The notes under the pieces were generated by a model, which saw nothing but the letters and a program-made list of their open reading frames with translations, did no database searches and had not been told where the DNA came from. A stretch of DNA of 9,512 nucleotides from Dictyostelium discoideum (Eukaryota): the NCBI GenBank assembly GCA_000004695.1, contig CH709158.1:1-9512 (forward strand). The letters are read 5' to 3'. Positions 7,499-9,512 of the stretch are shown piece by piece (within the stretch, counting starts at the first letter, position 1; every line of letters starts with the position of its first letter). The position numbers and the translations under genes are program-made.

Positions 7499-7545
7499 AT
7501 AAAAATTAATAATAATAATATTAACAATAATAATAAGAAATAAAA
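7499..7545. repeat. AAT/ATA-rich microsatellite-like tract.
   Basis: Imperfect (AAT)n: aataataaaaattaataataataatattaacaataataataag. Confidence 0.6.
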
Positions 7546-8249
7546 AAAATTTATTAAAAAACAATATCAAAACTCTGAGGCTTTGGGTTATATTATGGAA
7601 TTTCTTTTGGCAAAAAGAAAAAAAAAAAAAAAAATAAAATTCTAAGAAAAACTTACATAATTTAGAATAAGTAATTAAGAGATAATAGATAACACTATAT
7701 GTATGTTTTAGTGTAAAATTTCTTTTATAACCTTTAATTAAAATTTTTATTTTTCTCACCATTTTTCGTTTTTTCAAAAAAACTTAAAATGCATAATTTG
7801 GATAGTCTTTATTTGAAAGTAAAAAACCAGGAATGATAAGAAAAATAAAAATTTAAAATAAAGATTATAAAAAATAATTAACACACCAAAACATACCATA
7901 TGTTATTTATTATCTCTTAATTATTTACTTAATCTAATAGATATTCTAACAAAACATTTAAAAATAATTAGTTATGAAATACAAATATATGAATTAAATA
8001 TATGTTTAGAAATAAAACAAATAATTAAAACAAATAAAAGATTTATTATTGTTATGGAAATTGTAAAATAAAAACTGATGTTAGTCTCATTACAATTATG
8101 GGCGATGGTTTTTGCTAATAAAATTTAATAAGGCTTTAAAACTTTTTTTTTTTTTTTACATCTCTTTAAAAATTCCAATTTTCTTGCAACTTTCTTCCAA
8201 ATTTTAAGAAAGGTGATCATTTCCAGTATTTAAAATAAATTTCCATCAA

Positions 8250-8323
8250 GCCTTAGTAGCTCAGTTGGTACGAGCGTGAGACTGAAGATCTTAAGGTCGC
8301 TGGTTCGATCCCGGCCTGAGGCA
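8250..8323 (+). tRNA. tRNA-Phe (anticodon GAA).
   Basis: Acceptor GCCTTAG/CTGAGGC plus discriminator A. D-arm GCTC-AGTTGGTAC-GAGC. Anticodon loop CTGAAGA. T-arm GCTGG-TTCGATC-CCGGC (B box GGTTCGATCC). No encoded CCA. Confidence 0.9.
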
Positions 8324-8327
8324 AATA

Positions 8328-8333
8328 TTTTTT
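8328..8333 (+). terminator. Pol III oligo(dT) terminator.
   Basis: TTTTTT begins 5 nt after the tRNA 3' end. Confidence 0.75.
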
Positions 8334-8393
8334 GATGGTTTTCCAATGGCTGATGATCACTCCGCCGAAAAGACACAGTCTGATCACAGGTAA

Positions 8394-9071
8394 AAAAAAA
8401 AAAAAAAAAAGTTAAATCATACAGATAACAACACAACCAATACAAATAATACCTCCACAACCTCAACAACAAAAAACGAAAGTGCAAAAATCGACACACC
8501 TAAAAAACAAACCCTAACAAACCAACTCTCACTAAACAAAGGACTTGATAATCAATTAGATATCATTGCACCTCCATCAATCACAAGACCACTCTCCTTC
8601 TTAGAAAAAAACAATAACACCATCAACATTAAGTGTTACTTTAATCAACCACACATCCATGAAGAATTAACCTCTAAAGATGACACAAGAATCCAACAAA
8701 TTCACAAAAATATTCACAAACTCTTCGAAGATATACTGTCGCCATCAGCATTTAAAATAATTGGTGCAACAGCCTTGGTAAATTGCAACGTTGATAAATT
8801 AACTTCAATAATCAACCTTCAAAACCAACTTGCACTAAATATAGACAAACTCAACTATAGATTCGATATATCATCAAATGATTATGCAACCATTAAAACA
8901 TTCATTAAAACGTACTCACCCAAACATGCAAACGATGCAATTATAAACAACCTCACTAAATTCACCAGTTGTACATCAATTGAATCATTTACTGTCACAT
9001 ACTCATATGCTGTTGCGTTTAAAAGCTACATTATAACATATCATCTAATTGATCACACACAACATTGTTGA
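8394..9071 (+). CDS. Open frame without an ATG inside an A+C-rich, T-poor block. It is candidate ORF sequence of a tRNA-gene-associated repetitive element (TRE3-like) or a 5'-incomplete gene.
   Basis: Frame 0 is open from the TAA at 8391..8393 to the TGA at 9072..9074, about 226 codons. There is no in-frame ATG. It starts with poly-K from a 19-nt A-run. Strong strand asymmetry (A about 50%, C about 25-30%, very few T) begins abruptly at 8411, 88 bp after the tRNA end. Confidence 0.35.
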   Translation, partial: KKKKKKLNHTDNNTTNTNNTSTTSTTKNESAKIDTPKKQTLTNQLSLNKGLDNQLDIIAPPSITRPLSFLEKNNNTINIKCYFNQPHIHEELTSKDDTRIQQIHKNIHKLFEDILSPSAFKIIGATALVNCNVDKLTSIINLQNQLALNIDKLNYRFDISSNDYATIKTFIKTYSPKHANDAIINNLTKFTSCTSIESFTVTYSYAVAFKSYIITYHLIDHTQHC

Positions 9072-9369
9072 TCAAAAGATCGAACAACCATCTGGTATCA
9101 CAAGATATATCAAAGCTGCAACACGTAGTGTCACTAAACACAAAATTCAACATGCAAAAAATGCAGATATGGCAACAACTATAAAAAATGCTCTCACAAA
9201 CCCAAATATTAACAAAAACTATCAACCACCAAAAAACAACATTAACACCCCACCAATCAACGAAATTGCAAATTCCAATCGCAATAATAACCCACTTCAA
9301 AATAGTGGTTCAAAAGCTACACTAAATGAATCACTTAATAATAACGGGAAAAACTCATTATCAATGTGA
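9049..9369 (+). CDS. Overlapping downstream ORF in frame +1 (N/P/Q-rich, 106 aa) within the same A+C-rich block.
   Basis: ATG at 9049 and TGA at 9367..9369. It overlaps the upstream frame by 23 nt. This layout fits either an ORF1/ORF2-type overlap or a frameshifted pseudo-ORF. Confidence 0.25.
   Translation: MITHNIVDQKIEQPSGITRYIKAATRSVTKHKIQHAKNADMATTIKNALTNPNINKNYQPPKNNINTPPINEIANSNRNNNPLQNSGSKATLNESLNNNGKNSLSM
9230..9345 (+). repeat. Left arm of a large imperfect inverted repeat (palindrome).
   Basis: The reverse complement of 9238..9345 matches 9398..9505 at about 92% identity. The mismatches are gaaccactattttgaag vs gaacaactatttggaag, gggtt vs gggct, and tgcg vs tgtg. Confidence 0.85.
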
Positions 9370-9397
9370 GATTTCATTATTGTTTTGGGATTGATTG

Positions 9398-9512
9398 TTA
9401 TTATTAAGTGATTCATTTAGTGTAGCTTTTGAACAACTATTTGGAAGTGGGCTATTATTGTGATTGGAATTTGCAATTTCGTTGATTGGTGGGGTGTTAA
9501 TGCTGCTTTTTG
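9398..9512 (-). repeat. Right arm of the inverted repeat. It runs to the window end.
   Basis: gttattattaagtgattcatttagtgtagcttttgaac... is the reverse complement of ...gttcaaaagctacactaaatgaatcacttaataataac. The spacer is 9346..9397. Confidence 0.85.

Noticed and set aside
7460-7777. 105-aa minus ORF.
   Set aside because: The poly-F/I/K product comes from a T-rich strand of AT microsatellite-like DNA. It is spurious.
8390-8411. GTAAAAA...AAAG as an intron joining the ATG at 8346 to the downstream ORF.
   Set aside because: It is only 22 nt, or 34 nt with the alternative AG, which is too short for a spliceosomal intron. The resulting junction would be out of frame or a stop.
8230-8499. 89-aa minus ORF.
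   Set aside because: It overlaps the tRNA-Phe gene and the poly(A) tract (poly-F). It is antisense junk.
9031-9300. 89-aa minus ORF with a W/V/I-rich product.
   Set aside because: It is the mirror image of the + strand sequence created by the inverted repeat, that is, the antisense of the A/C-rich block, with a low-complexity hydrophobic product.
1-9512. Prokaryotic defence island, operon or CRISPR interpretation.
   Set aside because: There are no short direct repeat-spacer arrays and no Shine-Dalgarno-linked co-directional gene clusters. The composition, tRNA structure with a pol III T-run, the retroviral-type LTR element and A-rich start contexts all indicate a eukaryotic (dictyostelid-like) nuclear locus.

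Overview
The window is extremely AT-rich, with long oligo(dA)/(dT) tracts, AAAAATG start contexts and N/Q/S/T-rich proteins, so it looks like nuclear DNA of a Dictyostelium-type social amoeba rather than a prokaryote. The left half (1..4998) is one essentially complete Ty3/gypsy-type LTR retrotransposon. It has near-identical direct LTRs, with the 5' LTR truncated by the window edge. It also has a TGG-initiated primer-binding-site candidate, an oligo(dA)-rich leader and a 3' polypurine tract. A single uninterrupted gag-pol ORF of 1383 codons encodes a CCHC zinc knuckle, a DTG protease, an RT with an FIDD motif, RNase H, an HHCC plus DDE integrase and a GPF/Y C-terminus, with no chromodomain. 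In organisation and size it most resembles Dictyostelium DGLT-A rather than Skipper or DIRS-1. Downstream of the element are several host features. One is a P-loop kinase-like gene whose coding potential continues in two shifted frames. There is a 61-aa glycine-rich hydrophobic mini-ORF. There is an 83-aa minus-strand Cys-containing ORF. A degenerate ~123-bp tandem duplication carries tRNA-Met-like anticodon-arm fragments. A canonical tRNA-Phe(GAA) gene with a pol III T-run terminator lies at 8250..8323. From ~88 bp downstream of the tRNA the sequence switches abruptly to an A+C-rich, T-poor coding-like block (8394..9369). That block ends in a large imperfect palindrome, with arms of at least 115 bp at ~92% identity and a ~52-bp spacer, which runs off the window end. 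I suspect a tRNA-gene-targeted (TRE3-like) or otherwise repetitive element in a tail-to-tail inverted duplication. No CRISPR arrays, rRNA or prokaryotic operon structure are present.
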